Assembly: GCA_040905465.1 (NCBI GenBank)
Contig: JBBDRK010000049.1
Location: 96,001 to 160,000, forward strand
Origin: Trueperaceae bacterium
GTDB taxonomy: Bacteria > Deinococcota > Deinococci > Deinococcales > Trueperaceae
DNA length: 64,000 nucleotides
Direction of reading: 5' to 3'
Shown here: one piece after another, positions 1-9,798 of the stretch
How the letters are laid out: each line of letters begins with the position of its first letter
How positions within the stretch are numbered: the stretch's first letter is position 1
Made by a program: the position numbers and the translations under genes
The notes under the pieces: model-generated
What the model was told of the DNA's origin: nothing
Seen by the model: only the letters and a program-made list of their open reading frames with translations
Databases searched by the model: none

Positions 1-1008
1 GCTCACACAGGGCTCCGGCAGGGCTGCCCAGTGAAACGACGGTATCGGGCCGCCGTACAGCGGTTCCCCCATGCCCTCGACCGCCGCCTCCGTTATCTCT
101 TCCCGGTTCAGGGCCCAGTTGATCGCCTGGCGCACCTGCTGGTTGTCGAGCGGCTCTTTCTCCATGTGCAGCATCAGCCACCGCCAGTTGCCGGTGGCTC
201 CACCTTCGACCTTGATGTCCAGATTCATCTCCATTACACGAACGATTGCGGCTTGAGCGGTATCGACAAAGTCGACCTCGCCAACTCGCAGCGCTGCTGA
301 GCGAGCGGACTCGTCTGGCATCACCAGGAAGACCAATGAGTCCAGATAGGGCCGGTCGGGTACGAAGTAATTTTCGTTTCTGACCAAGACCTGTCTTTGG
401 TCCGGCAACCTCTCGCTCACCTCGAATGGGCCGGTCCCGATGATCGCTTCGCTCAGATCGTTCGATTCGGCCACATTGCGCGAGACAATGTTCACGAATG
501 GATTCGCAAGTCCAGCGAGGAACGGCGCAGCGGCCTCGCTCAACACGAATACGATCTCGTTGTCTTCTGTTGCCCGAACTTCTCTCACCGAATCGAAGAA
601 TCGTGCATAGGGGGATCCGGTCTCGGGATCGCGGATCCGTTCGAAGCTGTAGACAATGTCATCGAGCGTGAGGTCGCTGCCGTCGTGGAACTTTACTCCG
701 TCGCGGATCTTGAAGGTCCAGGTGATCCCGTCCTTACTCTCCGACCAGGACTCTGCCAAGTCGGGAACGACCTCCATCGACTCGTTGAACTTCACCAAAC
801 CGCTATAGACGTGCCGGCCCAGCATTGTCCTACAGGCCTTTTCGTTCGACTTGTGCGGATCCACCACCAGGCACTCGGTGTTGGTGCCAATGGTAAGGGT
901 GCCACCGGGTTGGGGTGCTTGTGCCAACACCGATCCCAGTAGCAATACGATAAAGCTGATTACCGTTAAGAGGAGGAGGTTCTTGTCTCGTCTTGATACC
1001 GCTTCCAT
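1..1008 (-). CDS. ABC transporter substrate-binding protein, peptide/nickel family 5 (3' end runs off the window)
   Basis: My translation from ATG 1008: MEAVSRRDKNLLLLTVISFIVLLLGSVLAQAPQPGGTLTIG...VYSGLVKFNESMEVVPDLAESWSESKDGITWTFKIRDGVKFHDGSDLT. Signal peptide plus SBP_bac_5 motif; GGAGAA RBS upstream. Not in the ORF track because its stop lies outside the window. Confidence 0.9.
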   Translation of the reverse strand, partial: MEAVSRRDKNLLLLTVISFIVLLLGSVLAQAPQPGGTLTIGTNTECLVVDPHKSNEKACRTMLGRHVYSGLVKFNESMEVVPDLAESWSESKDGITWTFKIRDGVKFHDGSDLTLDDIVYSFERIRDPETGSPYARFFDSVREVRATEDNEIVFVLSEAAAPFLAGLANPFVNIVSRNVAESNDLSEAIIGTGPFEVSERLPDQRQVLVRNENYFVPDRPYLDSLVFLVMPDESARSAALRVGEVDFVDTAQAAIVRVMEMNLDIKVEGGATGNWRWLMLHMEKEPLDNQQVRQAINWALNREEITEAAVEGMGEPLYGGPIPSFHWAALPEPCVS

Positions 1009-1089
1009 CACATGTTCTCCCGTTCGAATGCCCCCATGCTTGATTTCCGAGTAGCCAGCCCAAGTGGGCGCCTGACGATCCGCACCTCC

Positions 1090-1815
1090 TCAGGTCACAA
1101 ACTTAGAAGCGTAGTAGAGTTCGAGCTCGTCGAAGTGCTCTAGCATGGCCTTCCTGGCCCACTGTTCGTCTCTTGCAAGGAGAGCCGAGACTATCGCCTG
1201 GTGTTTTGCCAGGGATTCTTCGAGGAACTCGGCCAAGTGAGCAGGATTGACTCTTGCCGAGAGATCGACTTTGATGAAGCTGAGGAGAGACTCGATTGTG
1301 CTGACCAGGAGTCCGTTCCCGGTAATACGGGCAATGTTGATGTGCAGTGCGGCGTTGGTCTCGATGTAGCCCTTGTAGTCTTCCTGGGACGCTGTCTTTT
1401 TCATTTCAAACAGGCTTGCTCTTAATTGCTCTAGTTCCTTCTCACCCTGTCCTAGCTTGAGTTGCTTAACGGCCAGCGCCACGACGCCGTCCTCGATCGC
1501 GCTGCGAGCCTCCCAGGCCTCGGCCGACGCACTGCCGTCATTTGTTGCGTAGAGCGTTGAAGAGGCAATCTGAATGCCCGAGAGCTCCTTCGCAACGAAG
1601 GTTCCTGCGCCGGGTACGCTGTCGAGGATTCCGCCGAGCCTTAACGCGCTTACCGCCTCCCGAATCGCAGTACGACTCACTCCCATCTGCGCTCCCAGTT
1701 CCGCCTCGGTCGGGAGCTTGTCCCCGATTCCGTAGTGACCCTCGGCAATCGCCTTGATGATTTGCTCTGCAGCAAATGTGCTCTTCTTCTTCGAAGGCAT
1801 TGCGGTGAATACCAT
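1090..1815 (-). CDS. GntR/FadR-family transcriptional regulator (FCD domain)
   Basis: wHTH GDKLPTEAELGAQMGVSRTAIREAVSAL; FCD features (LHINIARITGN, H..IVSAL, AMLEH). Confidence 0.92.
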   Translation of the reverse strand: MVFTAMPSKKKSTFAAEQIIKAIAEGHYGIGDKLPTEAELGAQMGVSRTAIREAVSALRLGGILDSVPGAGTFVAKELSGIQIASSTLYATNDGSASAEAWEARSAIEDGVVALAVKQLKLGQGEKELEQLRASLFEMKKTASQEDYKGYIETNAALHINIARITGNGLLVSTIESLLSFIKVDLSARVNPAHLAEFLEESLAKHQAIVSALLARDEQWARKAMLEHFDELELYYASKFVT

Positions 1816-1829
1816 GGTGTTTGCACTAT

Positions 1830-1843
1830 GTCATACATATGAT
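1830..1843. promoter_or_regulatory. Putative FadR-type operator, inverted repeat TCATA-CA-TATGA
   Basis: AT-rich inverted repeat in the divergent gap between the regulator and the proline-racemase-like gene. Confidence 0.55.
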
Positions 1844-1946
1844 AGGTTTGGCAACGGCGGTTGCCGTTGCCAATCAGCCGGCACGACTGTCTGGGGAGAG
1901 CGATGATGCCAACGCGCCGACACACTCCCCCTCTGGAGGTAAAGAG

Positions 1947-2954
1947 ATGCGCCTTAGGCACGTGGTTACGACTTACGACTACCATCACGGCCAGAGCACC
2001 CGAATTCTGGCAGCCGGCATCCCACCCGTCCTCGGGAAGTCGATGCAGCAGAAGCAGGACAACTTTGCTCGCGCTCACGACAACATTCGAGCCAGCCTCA
2101 TGCTCGAACCCAGGGGCCACAAGAACATGCTCGGGGCCGTAATCACTCCGGCCGTAAGACCCGATGCCCACCTTGGAGTGCTGTTTCTACACGGCAACGG
2201 TTACTTCGACATGTGCGGCGACAGCGCCTTTAGCACGGCCGCGGCTGCCGTCGAACTGGGGCTCGTGCCTAAAGAAGAGGGAGTAGTCGAGGTACTGATG
2301 GACACGGTCGCCGGTCCTCTCAGCGCCCGAGTGTGCATCGAGGGAGGAGTAGTGTGTTCGATCGGTATCGAGAACGTGCGCTCGTACTTCTGCGAAACCC
2401 AATCACTTGCGGTACCTTCACTTGGTGAGATAACGGTCGATCTTGCATACGGCGGCCTGATCTACGCCTTCGTAGAAGTGCATGACTTGAAGGCGCCCGC
2501 GCTGTCGCAGATAAACAGGGACGAACTGACCAAGCTCGGCAGCCTGATCCTTACCGAGGCGAAGGAGAGGATCCGTCTGACGGATCCGGTAACCGGCAAG
2601 GAGCGCGGCGTCGACCTGGTGACGCTCGTCGAACCTCTGGAAGGTCGCCTTGGCCAAAGAGTTGCCAACTTCTACGCCCCTCTGACGATGGGTCGCACTC
2701 CATCCGGAACCGGCCTCTCTGCTCGAATGGCGACTATGCATGCAAAAGGCAAGCTCAAGGTGGGTGAGCATTTCATACACGAAAGCGTTCTCGGTCTCGA
2801 ATTCACGGGCACAATAAGCGACGTCCAGCCAGCGGAGAACAGTAAAGGAACCAGGACAGTCAGGCCGATGATCGAAACGCGTTCTTACCTCATGGGTATT
2901 CAGCAGTTCATCATCGATGATGATGACCCGTTCAAGTACGGCTTCTCGCTCTAG
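1947..2954 (+). CDS. Proline racemase family protein with non-canonical catalytic residues
   Basis: LMLEPRGH, MCG and RTPSGTG motifs; C-terminal DDPFKYGF; GGAGG RBS before ATG 1947. Confidence 0.88.
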   Translation: MRLRHVVTTYDYHHGQSTRILAAGIPPVLGKSMQQKQDNFARAHDNIRASLMLEPRGHKNMLGAVITPAVRPDAHLGVLFLHGNGYFDMCGDSAFSTAAAAVELGLVPKEEGVVEVLMDTVAGPLSARVCIEGGVVCSIGIENVRSYFCETQSLAVPSLGEITVDLAYGGLIYAFVEVHDLKAPALSQINRDELTKLGSLILTEAKERIRLTDPVTGKERGVDLVTLVEPLEGRLGQRVANFYAPLTMGRTPSGTGLSARMATMHAKGKLKVGEHFIHESVLGLEFTGTISDVQPAENSKGTRTVRPMIETRSYLMGIQQFIIDDDDPFKYGFSL

Positions 2955-3044
2955 GATTCACGATCCAAAGGCCGGATCAGTAACCAGCTACTGTGCCTGC
3001 TGATCGGTCGAAAACCCCCGCCCTGTAGCGTGAGGAGTCGAGCA

Positions 3045-3986
3045 ATGCCCGACACGGACAAAACGAGAGAACCGACTGACAGCAACAGAGAACTCGAACG
3101 AGTACTGAGCGAACTGATGAGCCGCTACAGCGAGCGCGTACCCGACGTCGCCCGCGTCCTGACGGCACTCACCGAAGCCGGCCACATTACCTCGCCCCAG
3201 GAGGTCGAGAACGACCACATCGCCTTTAGAACCATGGGCGTTCCCCATCTGGGCATCCAATCCCTGGAAAAGATCTGGCTCCACTACGGCTACCAACGGC
3301 GCGACCACTACGACTTCCCCGCCAAAAAACTCGACGCCCACTGGTACAGCCCACCCGAGCCACGCTACCCACGAATCTTCATCAGCGAACTACGCGTAGA
3401 CGAGCTCTCGCAAGAGGCCCAGGCGATCATCCACAGCTACACCGACCAGGTCGAACGCGACCCCGTAAACGGCCTGGACCTGGGCGACGGCAGGCAGGTC
3501 GGGAAGTTCCTCCACCACCCGCTCTGGCCCATGCCCACCTGGGACGACTACCAACTCCTCGCCGCCGAATCAGAGTACGCCGCCTGGGTCATCTACAACC
3601 GCTACTACCTCAACCACTTCACCATCTCCGTGCACAACCTATCCGAAGAGGTCGACACCATCCCCAAGTTCAACGGCTTCATCGAACGACACGGCATCCG
3701 ACTCAACGACTCCGGCGGCAAGGTCAAGACCAGCCCAGACGACCTGCTACGGCAAAGCTCCACCGTCGCCCAGCTGGTAACTAGCCAATTCGCCGATGCC
3801 GACCCGCACCAGATAAGCGGCTCCTACGTAGAGTTCGCCGAGCGCCGCCCCCTCCCAGAGCACGCCCACCTGCCCAAGACGAAACTCACTCGCGAGCAAC
3901 GCCGCGAAGGTTTCGAAGCCGGCAACGCCGACAAGATCTTCGAATCAACCTACAGCGAGCAGACCAAGGGCAACTCGGCGGCGTGA
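3045..3986 (+). CDS. DUF1338 family protein (2-oxoadipate dioxygenase/decarboxylase, HglS-like)
   Basis: NDHIAFRT, PRIFISEL, SEYAAW, NHFTISV and SYVEFAER metal-binding motifs; GAGGAG RBS. Confidence 0.8.
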   Translation: MPDTDKTREPTDSNRELERVLSELMSRYSERVPDVARVLTALTEAGHITSPQEVENDHIAFRTMGVPHLGIQSLEKIWLHYGYQRRDHYDFPAKKLDAHWYSPPEPRYPRIFISELRVDELSQEAQAIIHSYTDQVERDPVNGLDLGDGRQVGKFLHHPLWPMPTWDDYQLLAAESEYAAWVIYNRYYLNHFTISVHNLSEEVDTIPKFNGFIERHGIRLNDSGGKVKTSPDDLLRQSSTVAQLVTSQFADADPHQISGSYVEFAERRPLPEHAHLPKTKLTREQRREGFEAGNADKIFESTYSEQTKGNSAA

Positions 3987-4009
3987 GTTGAACCGGCCAC
4001 GGCGAATGC

Positions 4010-4651
4010 TCAGGTGGCTCCCGCCGACACCGTCTCCTCTGCCCCCTCGACCTCGAGTGCGGCGGTGAAGAAGGGCAGGAAGAACTGGGTAATGGGCCCG
4101 ATGCCCACCGCGAACAGCAGGGTGCCCAAGCCCACGACCCCACCCAGGAGCCAGCCGGCAACCACCACGACCACCTCGAGGCCGGTTCGGACCAGCCGGA
4201 TGCTTCCCCCGGTAACCCTGGAAAACCCGGTCATCAGCCCGTCACGTGGTCCGGGTCTCAGCTGCGCGCCGATGTACATCGCGGTCGACACTCCGTTGAG
4301 AACGATCCCGGCCAGCATGAAGGTGATCTGCCAAGCCAGCGTCGACGCCTGCGGCAGGTAGAGCAAGGTCGCGTCGGTGGCGATTCCGATCCAGATTGCG
4401 TTGGCGATAGTCCCCAAGCCCGGCGCCTGCCACAGGGGGATCCAGCCGAGCAGGACCATCAAGCTGGCCAGGATGATGATCGTGCCTAAACTGAGCGGCA
4501 GGTGAATCGCGACACCGTAGTGCAGCACGTCCCAGGGGAGCATGCCCAGGCCACTGCGGATCATCAACGACGTCGCGAAGCCGAAAATGGTGAGGCCAAC
4601 AACGAGCTGAAGCAGCCGCAGCGGCAGTCGCCCGGCGCGAAGTTGCGCCAT
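4010..4651 (-). CDS. YczE/YyaS/YitT family membrane protein
   Basis: GM.PWDVLH.G, GLGTIAN, GPRDGLM and VGLGT motifs; multiple hydrophobic segments. Confidence 0.88.
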   Translation of the reverse strand: MAQLRAGRLPLRLLQLVVGLTIFGFATSLMIRSGLGMLPWDVLHYGVAIHLPLSLGTIIILASLMVLLGWIPLWQAPGLGTIANAIWIGIATDATLLYLPQASTLAWQITFMLAGIVLNGVSTAMYIGAQLRPGPRDGLMTGFSRVTGGSIRLVRTGLEVVVVVAGWLLGGVVGLGTLLFAVGIGPITQFFLPFFTAALEVEGAEETVSAGAT

Positions 4652-4808
4652 CGGCGAGAGGTTGAGCAGGGCGGCACGAGCCTTCCGCAGATGATCGCAC
4701 TTGGCGAGCCCGAATACCTGTCACCACGTAACCCTGCGCCCCTAAGAGGAGAGTCGGAGGTGAGACTGGCGCGCAGCGATGGTGAGAGCTCGCGATCGCC
4801 AACAACGG

Positions 4809-5696
4809 CTAAAGCATGTCATCCAACGCCCAGTGGTTGCCCCACCGAGCGTCGATCTCGTCCCTGACGCTCTGGTAGCGGATATCGGTCGACAGCCGGA
4901 TACGCCCGCCGGGATCGACGTTATCGGTGGCAGCGTGGATCATGTAGGCGCTATGCACCACGATGTCACCTGCCTCGTAATCGGCCATTAGCCAGCGGGC
5001 GTCGAAGCGCTCGGCCATTGCCGGCAGGTCCCTGCCGATCCAGCCGCCCTCGGCCATGTTCTTGTTGTAGGCACTTATCCGCTCATCAGGTGGCAGATCG
5101 GCGTTACGCTCGGCGAACTCCCGCTCCATCTTGCGGCCCAGTGCATCGGAGCCCTCCAGATAGATGACGCCGCCCATCGCCACGGGCACATCGCCGATCG
5201 GTATCCAGGCGGTACAGACGCTGTCGCTCCCGCCCCGCAGGTAGATCAGGTCGTAGTGGGCCGGCGTGGTGAACCCCTTGCCCGGCGCCGTGTAACGGAT
5301 GATCTTGCGCTTGTGAAGGTACGACGGCCCCTGCAGGAAGTCGTCGAAGAAGCGCCATAAGCGCGGCTGAAGGCAAAACGACTCGAAGGCCGCGGTGCGG
5401 GCGAACTCCATCAAAACCTTCTCCGTTTCGCTCTGGGTCTCGCCGCCGCCATGGATGCCCAGTCCGGGATCGCTGCCTTCCGCAAGTAGTCCGGTGCCGA
5501 CCAAGGCGCTGAAGAAGCGCTCGCGGAACGCCAACACCTCGCCGCGGTTCAGGAATCTCTTCAGCCACAAGTAGCCATGCTGGCGGTAACGCGTCCGCAG
5601 CTCGGCCATGGGTGTGCCACTCTCGGTGGGCTCCAAACGGCCCAAGCGCTCCGGCGCAGCGGAGAGCCGGTGGCCGTTACTGATCAATTCATTCAA
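4809..5696 (-). CDS. Phytanoyl-CoA dioxygenase (PhyH) family Fe(II)/2-oxoglutarate oxygenase
   Basis: TPAHYD (HxD), TAWIPIGD, GDIVVHSAYMIHA and RLSTDIRY; TTG start overlaps the stop of the GH42 gene (TTGA). Confidence 0.88.
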   Translation of the reverse strand: MNELISNGHRLSAAPERLGRLEPTESGTPMAELRTRYRQHGYLWLKRFLNRGEVLAFRERFFSALVGTGLLAEGSDPGLGIHGGGETQSETEKVLMEFARTAAFESFCLQPRLWRFFDDFLQGPSYLHKRKIIRYTAPGKGFTTPAHYDLIYLRGGSDSVCTAWIPIGDVPVAMGGVIYLEGSDALGRKMEREFAERNADLPPDERISAYNKNMAEGGWIGRDLPAMAERFDARWLMADYEAGDIVVHSAYMIHAATDNVDPGGRIRLSTDIRYQSVRDEIDARWGNHWALDDML

Positions 5697-7858
5697 CCGG
5701 TCGCGGCTTCCGATCGAGCGCCGTCGCCCTCGATGATTGCCAGCTCTTTCGGCGGCAGGGTGAGTCGCCCGTCCCGCACTTCCGGCCCGACCAGCGTTCG
5801 ACCCGAGTCCGGCAAGTTCACTTCCCGCTCCTCGCCCGCATGGTTGAGCACGAACAGTAGCTGAGTGTCGCCCTGAAAGCGGCGAACGATCTCGATGCCT
5901 TCGGGAAACCGCTGCGCATTCTGAACCCCACTCGGCACAATCGCCGCCGTCGCGCCCTCTGCCGCCGCGCCTGCCGCCGCAACCCCCATCGGCTCGACCT
6001 CCGCCCGTTCTAACAACAGCTTGGCCACTCCTTCCAGCAGCACCCGGTCGCCGACCGTTCCCAGATAGAAGGCGGCGCCGCGACCAACCCGGTTCACGGT
6101 CAGCGCCGGCTTGCCCGAGTAGTACTGCCCACCGTAACGCGCCAGCACCTTGGCGCCGTCAGCGGCCAGGATGTCGCACCACACTGAACCCGAACCGGCG
6201 CTCGAAGCAGCGCCCGAAGCGGCGACGACTGATCCCGCACCCGAACCAGCGTCCGCACCATTGCGCGCGCCGCTCACGTTGACGCCAGCAACGAACGCAC
6301 CAGTCAACTCGATCGGAACGCTCACGCCTGCCGGCAGCGAGTCGTATTCCTCGACCGTCACGCCGCACAGTTCGGCCAGCAATCCGGGCAGCGGCCGCTC
6401 GACTACGGCGTTCGTCTCGTCCTTGACGCCGCTCCGCGCGGTCACCAGCAGCACCCCGCCCGCCGTCACGAAACGCTCCAGGTTGGCGGCGGTCTCGGCG
6501 GACAGGACGTAGAGGCTGGGCACGATGACCAACCGGTAGCGGGCCAGGTCGGTCTTCGGCGAGACGATGTCGACGGCGACCTGTTCTCGCGTCAACGCCC
6601 GGTAGAGGTCGTGGAACTGCGCGGCGTAATCGAACCTGGGGTTGTTGGGCTGGACCTGGAGGGCGAAACGGCTGTCGTAACAGAGCACCATCGCCACCTC
6701 GGCCCTGGTCTCGGACCCAGCGATCCGCTCCCCGATGGCCTTGATCTCGCTCCCCATGCGCTGAATCTCCCGGTAGCGCCGGCCGGGCCGGCCGTCGTGC
6801 TCGAGCAGCCCGTGCCAGTACTGTTCGGTTCCGTGCCGCGCGGTGCGCCAGCGAAAGAACACGATTCCGTCGGCCCCGTGGCCGATAGCCTGGTAAGCCC
6901 ACAACCGCAGCTCGCCCGGCCGGGGGGTAGCGCCGACGATGTCCCAGCCGCCCGGGCCGGCCTGCTGCTCCATCACCCAGAACGGCTTCCCTTTCAGCCC
7001 TCGCATGGCGTCGTGCCCCAGGGCCATGCGGCTGTGGTCGACGTCGCTCTCGATGTTCCAGAAGCCGCGCGGGTAGTTGTCCCACGACACCAGGTCGAGG
7101 TCGCGGACCAGTTCGAAGTAGTCGATCAGGTCGTACTTGAAGCCCATCAGGTTGTGGGTGATGAAGTGCTCGGGGCAGATCTCCCGCAGGATCTCCACCT
7201 GCTCACGTTGATAGTCGACATAGGAGTCCGAACAGAATCGACAGAAGTCGAGCGCCAGCCCCGGATTGGGCTTGCCGCCGGTGTCCAGCGGTACCGGGAT
7301 CTGCTCCCAGGCAGTGTACTCGTGGCTCCAGAAGGCCGTCCCCCAGCGCTCGTTGATCGCCTCCAGGGAGCCGAACCGCTCCCCGAGCCAGGTCCGGAAC
7401 GCTTCCGCCTGGTAGTCGCGGTCGCCGAACTCGTTGTCTACCTGCCAACCGATCACCGCCGGATGGTCGCGGTACCGCTCCGCCATGGCCGTGACGATCC
7501 GTCGGCTGTGCTCGCGGTAGGCGGCGTTGGTGGGACTGTAGTTGCGCCGGTGTCCATAGGTCACCCGCCGGCCGTCGGCGCGAGTCAGGAAGGAGTCCTG
7601 ATGCTCGGTCATCAGCCACGGCGGAGCGGATGCAGTGGGCGTGCCGAGGACGACCCGTATCTCCTGCTCGGCCAGGATCCCGATGGCGCTATCGAGCCAT
7701 TCGAACTCGAACTCGCCTTCGCGCGGCTCCATTCTCGACCAGGCGAACTCGGCCAGCCGCGCGACGTTCATTCCGGCCGCGGCCATCAGCCGCGCGTCCT
7801 CGCGCCACCTCTGTTCCGGCCAGTGCTCAGGATAGTAGTCGACACCGAAGTAGAACAT
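5693..7858 (-). CDS. GH42 glycoside hydrolase (beta-galactosidase / alpha-L-arabinopyranosidase-like)
   Basis: FGVDYYPEHW, AEFAWSRMEP, WQVDNE (acid/base) and WVMEQQ (nucleophile), FFRWR..GTEQYWHG. Start is ATG 7858; the ORF-track extension is spurious. Confidence 0.93.
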   Translation of the reverse strand: MFYFGVDYYPEHWPEQRWREDARLMAAAGMNVARLAEFAWSRMEPREGEFEFEWLDSAIGILAEQEIRVVLGTPTASAPPWLMTEHQDSFLTRADGRRVTYGHRRNYSPTNAAYREHSRRIVTAMAERYRDHPAVIGWQVDNEFGDRDYQAEAFRTWLGERFGSLEAINERWGTAFWSHEYTAWEQIPVPLDTGGKPNPGLALDFCRFCSDSYVDYQREQVEILREICPEHFITHNLMGFKYDLIDYFELVRDLDLVSWDNYPRGFWNIESDVDHSRMALGHDAMRGLKGKPFWVMEQQAGPGGWDIVGATPRPGELRLWAYQAIGHGADGIVFFRWRTARHGTEQYWHGLLEHDGRPGRRYREIQRMGSEIKAIGERIAGSETRAEVAMVLCYDSRFALQVQPNNPRFDYAAQFHDLYRALTREQVAVDIVSPKTDLARYRLVIVPSLYVLSAETAANLERFVTAGGVLLVTARSGVKDETNAVVERPLPGLLAELCGVTVEEYDSLPAGVSVPIELTGAFVAGVNVSGARNGADAGSGAGSVVAASGAASSAGSGSVWCDILAADGAKVLARYGGQYYSGKPALTVNRVGRGAAFYLGTVGDRVLLEGVAKLLLERAEVEPMGVAAAGAAAEGATAAIVPSGVQNAQRFPEGIEIVRRFQGDTQLLFVLNHAGEEREVNLPDSGRTLVGPEVRDGRLTLPPKELAIIEGDGARSEAATG

Positions 7859-7868
7859 CGTTTTCCCT

Positions 7869-7896
7869 TTCGTTCCCTCGTTTTCGTTCCCTCGTT
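7869..7896. repeat. Perfect 14-bp tandem duplication (TTCGTTCCCTCGTT x2)
   Basis: Read directly; lies in the RBS region upstream of the GH42 gene. Confidence 0.85.
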
Positions 7897-7980
7897 CGCG
7901 GAGCGGCGAAACGGCTCGGCAGGTTAGCTGGAGCACCTGGCCTTCGCTCCCCCGCGCCCGACCGATCGCCGATCCGCGAC

Positions 7981-8838
7981 CTAGCCCTTTACCGATCCGG
8001 TCATGATGCCCGCCACCAGGTAGCGCTGCAGCAGGAAGAAAACCACCAGCATCGGTATCACGCTGGCCACCGAACCTGCCATCAGCAGATCGAACGCCGT
8101 CCTGCCGGGCGGTCCCTGGAGCGAGTTGAGCATTATCGGCACGGTGTGCATCGAATCGGAACGCAGTACCGCCAGCGGCCACAGGAAGTTGTTCCAGGAT
8201 GCCATGAAGAAGATGATCCCGAGGCTGGCGAGCCCGGGCAGGCTGATGGGCAGGACTACACGCAGGAAGATACCGAACTCCGAAGCACCGTCGATACGGG
8301 CGGCGTCGAGCAGCTCCTCCGACACGGACAACATGTACTGACGCATGAAGAAGATGCCGAACGCGTTGGCTGCGCTGGGGACGATCAGCGGCCACGGTGT
8401 GTCTATCCAGCCGAAGGTGTTGCGCATCATCACGAACAGCGGCACCAGCAGAACGGCGAATGGGATCGTCATGGAGGCGAGCATGATGGTGAACAGCACG
8501 TTACGTCCGGGAAACCTGAATTTCGCGAAGGCGTAGCCACCGAGGGCACAGAGGAAGACAGACAGGCCGGTGGCGGCCGTCGCTATGTAGAAGGAGTTCC
8601 AGAACTTGCGCAGTGCATTGTGCTCCGCGAAGAGCCTCACGTAGTTGTCCAGGCTCGCGTTCTGCGGCAGGAACGTGCGGCCGGCGAAGATCTCCTCGAA
8701 CGGTTTGAGCGAGGACACCAGCATCCAGGTGAACGGGAATACCATGAACACGCACAAGGCCGTCAGCGCGGCGTAGCTGACGCCTTTGACCAGCAGGTCG
8801 CCGTGCCTGCGGCGGAGTCGGTGCCGGCTCGCCAGCAC
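7981..8838 (-). CDS. Carbohydrate ABC transporter permease (MalG-type)
   Basis: EAA motif ELLDAARIDGASE; WNNFLWP. Confidence 0.93.
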   Translation of the reverse strand: MLASRHRLRRRHGDLLVKGVSYAALTALCVFMVFPFTWMLVSSLKPFEEIFAGRTFLPQNASLDNYVRLFAEHNALRKFWNSFYIATAATGLSVFLCALGGYAFAKFRFPGRNVLFTIMLASMTIPFAVLLVPLFVMMRNTFGWIDTPWPLIVPSAANAFGIFFMRQYMLSVSEELLDAARIDGASEFGIFLRVVLPISLPGLASLGIIFFMASWNNFLWPLAVLRSDSMHTVPIMLNSLQGPPGRTAFDLLMAGSVASVIPMLVVFFLLQRYLVAGIMTGSVKG

Positions 8839-9777
8839 TTAGTCACCTCCCCTGTTCACCACGCGGAACTGCAATACCGCCAGCACGATTATGGTGATGA
8901 AGTAGACGTAGCTCATGGCGGCGGCGTACCCGAACCTGAGGCTGCCGAAGGTGTTGCTGAATATCTGCATCACCGGCGTCTCGGTCGCCCTGGTAGGTCC
9001 GCCTCGAGTGAGGATGTAGGGCTCGGTGAAAAGCTGAAAGGTCCCGATCACCGAGAGCGTTAGGGCGAAGACAATTACCGGCCGCAGCAACGGGACCGTG
9101 ATCCTCCAGAACACCTGAAGCCGGTTGGCGCCGTCGACCCGGGCCGCTTCGTTCACCTCGTTGGGAATCGTCTGCAGGCCGGAGAGCATGATTATCGTGT
9201 TGTAGCCGAGCCACGCCCAGATCATCAGCAGGCCCAGCGAGATCCTCGCCCACCAGGTGTCGTCGAGCCAGGGGACCGGGGAAACACCTAGCCAGGCCAG
9301 CGCAGTGTTGGCGAAACCGCTGTGGGTATCGAGGATGAGCCGGAATGTGAATCCGGCCGCCACCATCGAGGTGAGGTGAGGAAGGAATATCAGGGCGCGC
9401 CACATCCCCTGCAGTCGCAGGAAGCGGCCGTGGAGCATGGTGGCGATCACTACCGCCAGGAAAGTCATCAGCGGAACGTAGATGAAGAACAGGATGAGCG
9501 CGTTCAGCATCGAGTTCCAGAAGATACGGTCGCCCCACAGTCGGGCGTAGTTTGCCAGGCCGACAGGGCGCATTTCGCCCACACCACGCCAGTCGTGGAA
9601 ACTGAGATACAGCGAGAAGAAGATCGGGTAGAGGAGGAAGACGGCGAACAGGATGAAAAACGGGGAGATGAACAGGTAGGCCCAGCGGGACCGCCACATG
9701 GTTCCCAGCCTAACCCTGGGGGCGCCGGCCGCCCCGAGGGGGGCCGGCGATTTCCGTTGGTGACCGAGCTGGCTCAC
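8839..9777 (-). CDS. Carbohydrate ABC transporter permease (MalF-type)
   Basis: EAARVDGAN..FWRITVPLLRP; LT.GGP; FGYAAA. Confidence 0.93.
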   Translation of the reverse strand: MSQLGHQRKSPAPLGAAGAPRVRLGTMWRSRWAYLFISPFFILFAVFLLYPIFFSLYLSFHDWRGVGEMRPVGLANYARLWGDRIFWNSMLNALILFFIYVPLMTFLAVVIATMLHGRFLRLQGMWRALIFLPHLTSMVAAGFTFRLILDTHSGFANTALAWLGVSPVPWLDDTWWARISLGLLMIWAWLGYNTIIMLSGLQTIPNEVNEAARVDGANRLQVFWRITVPLLRPVIVFALTLSVIGTFQLFTEPYILTRGGPTRATETPVMQIFSNTFGSLRFGYAAAMSYVYFITIIVLAVLQFRVVNRGGD

Positions 9778-9798
9778 GGTACCGGCCGGGTAGCCTGG

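Noticed and set aside
7859-8395. N-terminal extension making GH42 900 aa
   Set aside because: Out-of-frame overlap with the upstream permease; the GH42 signature begins at MFYFGVDYYPE (7858).
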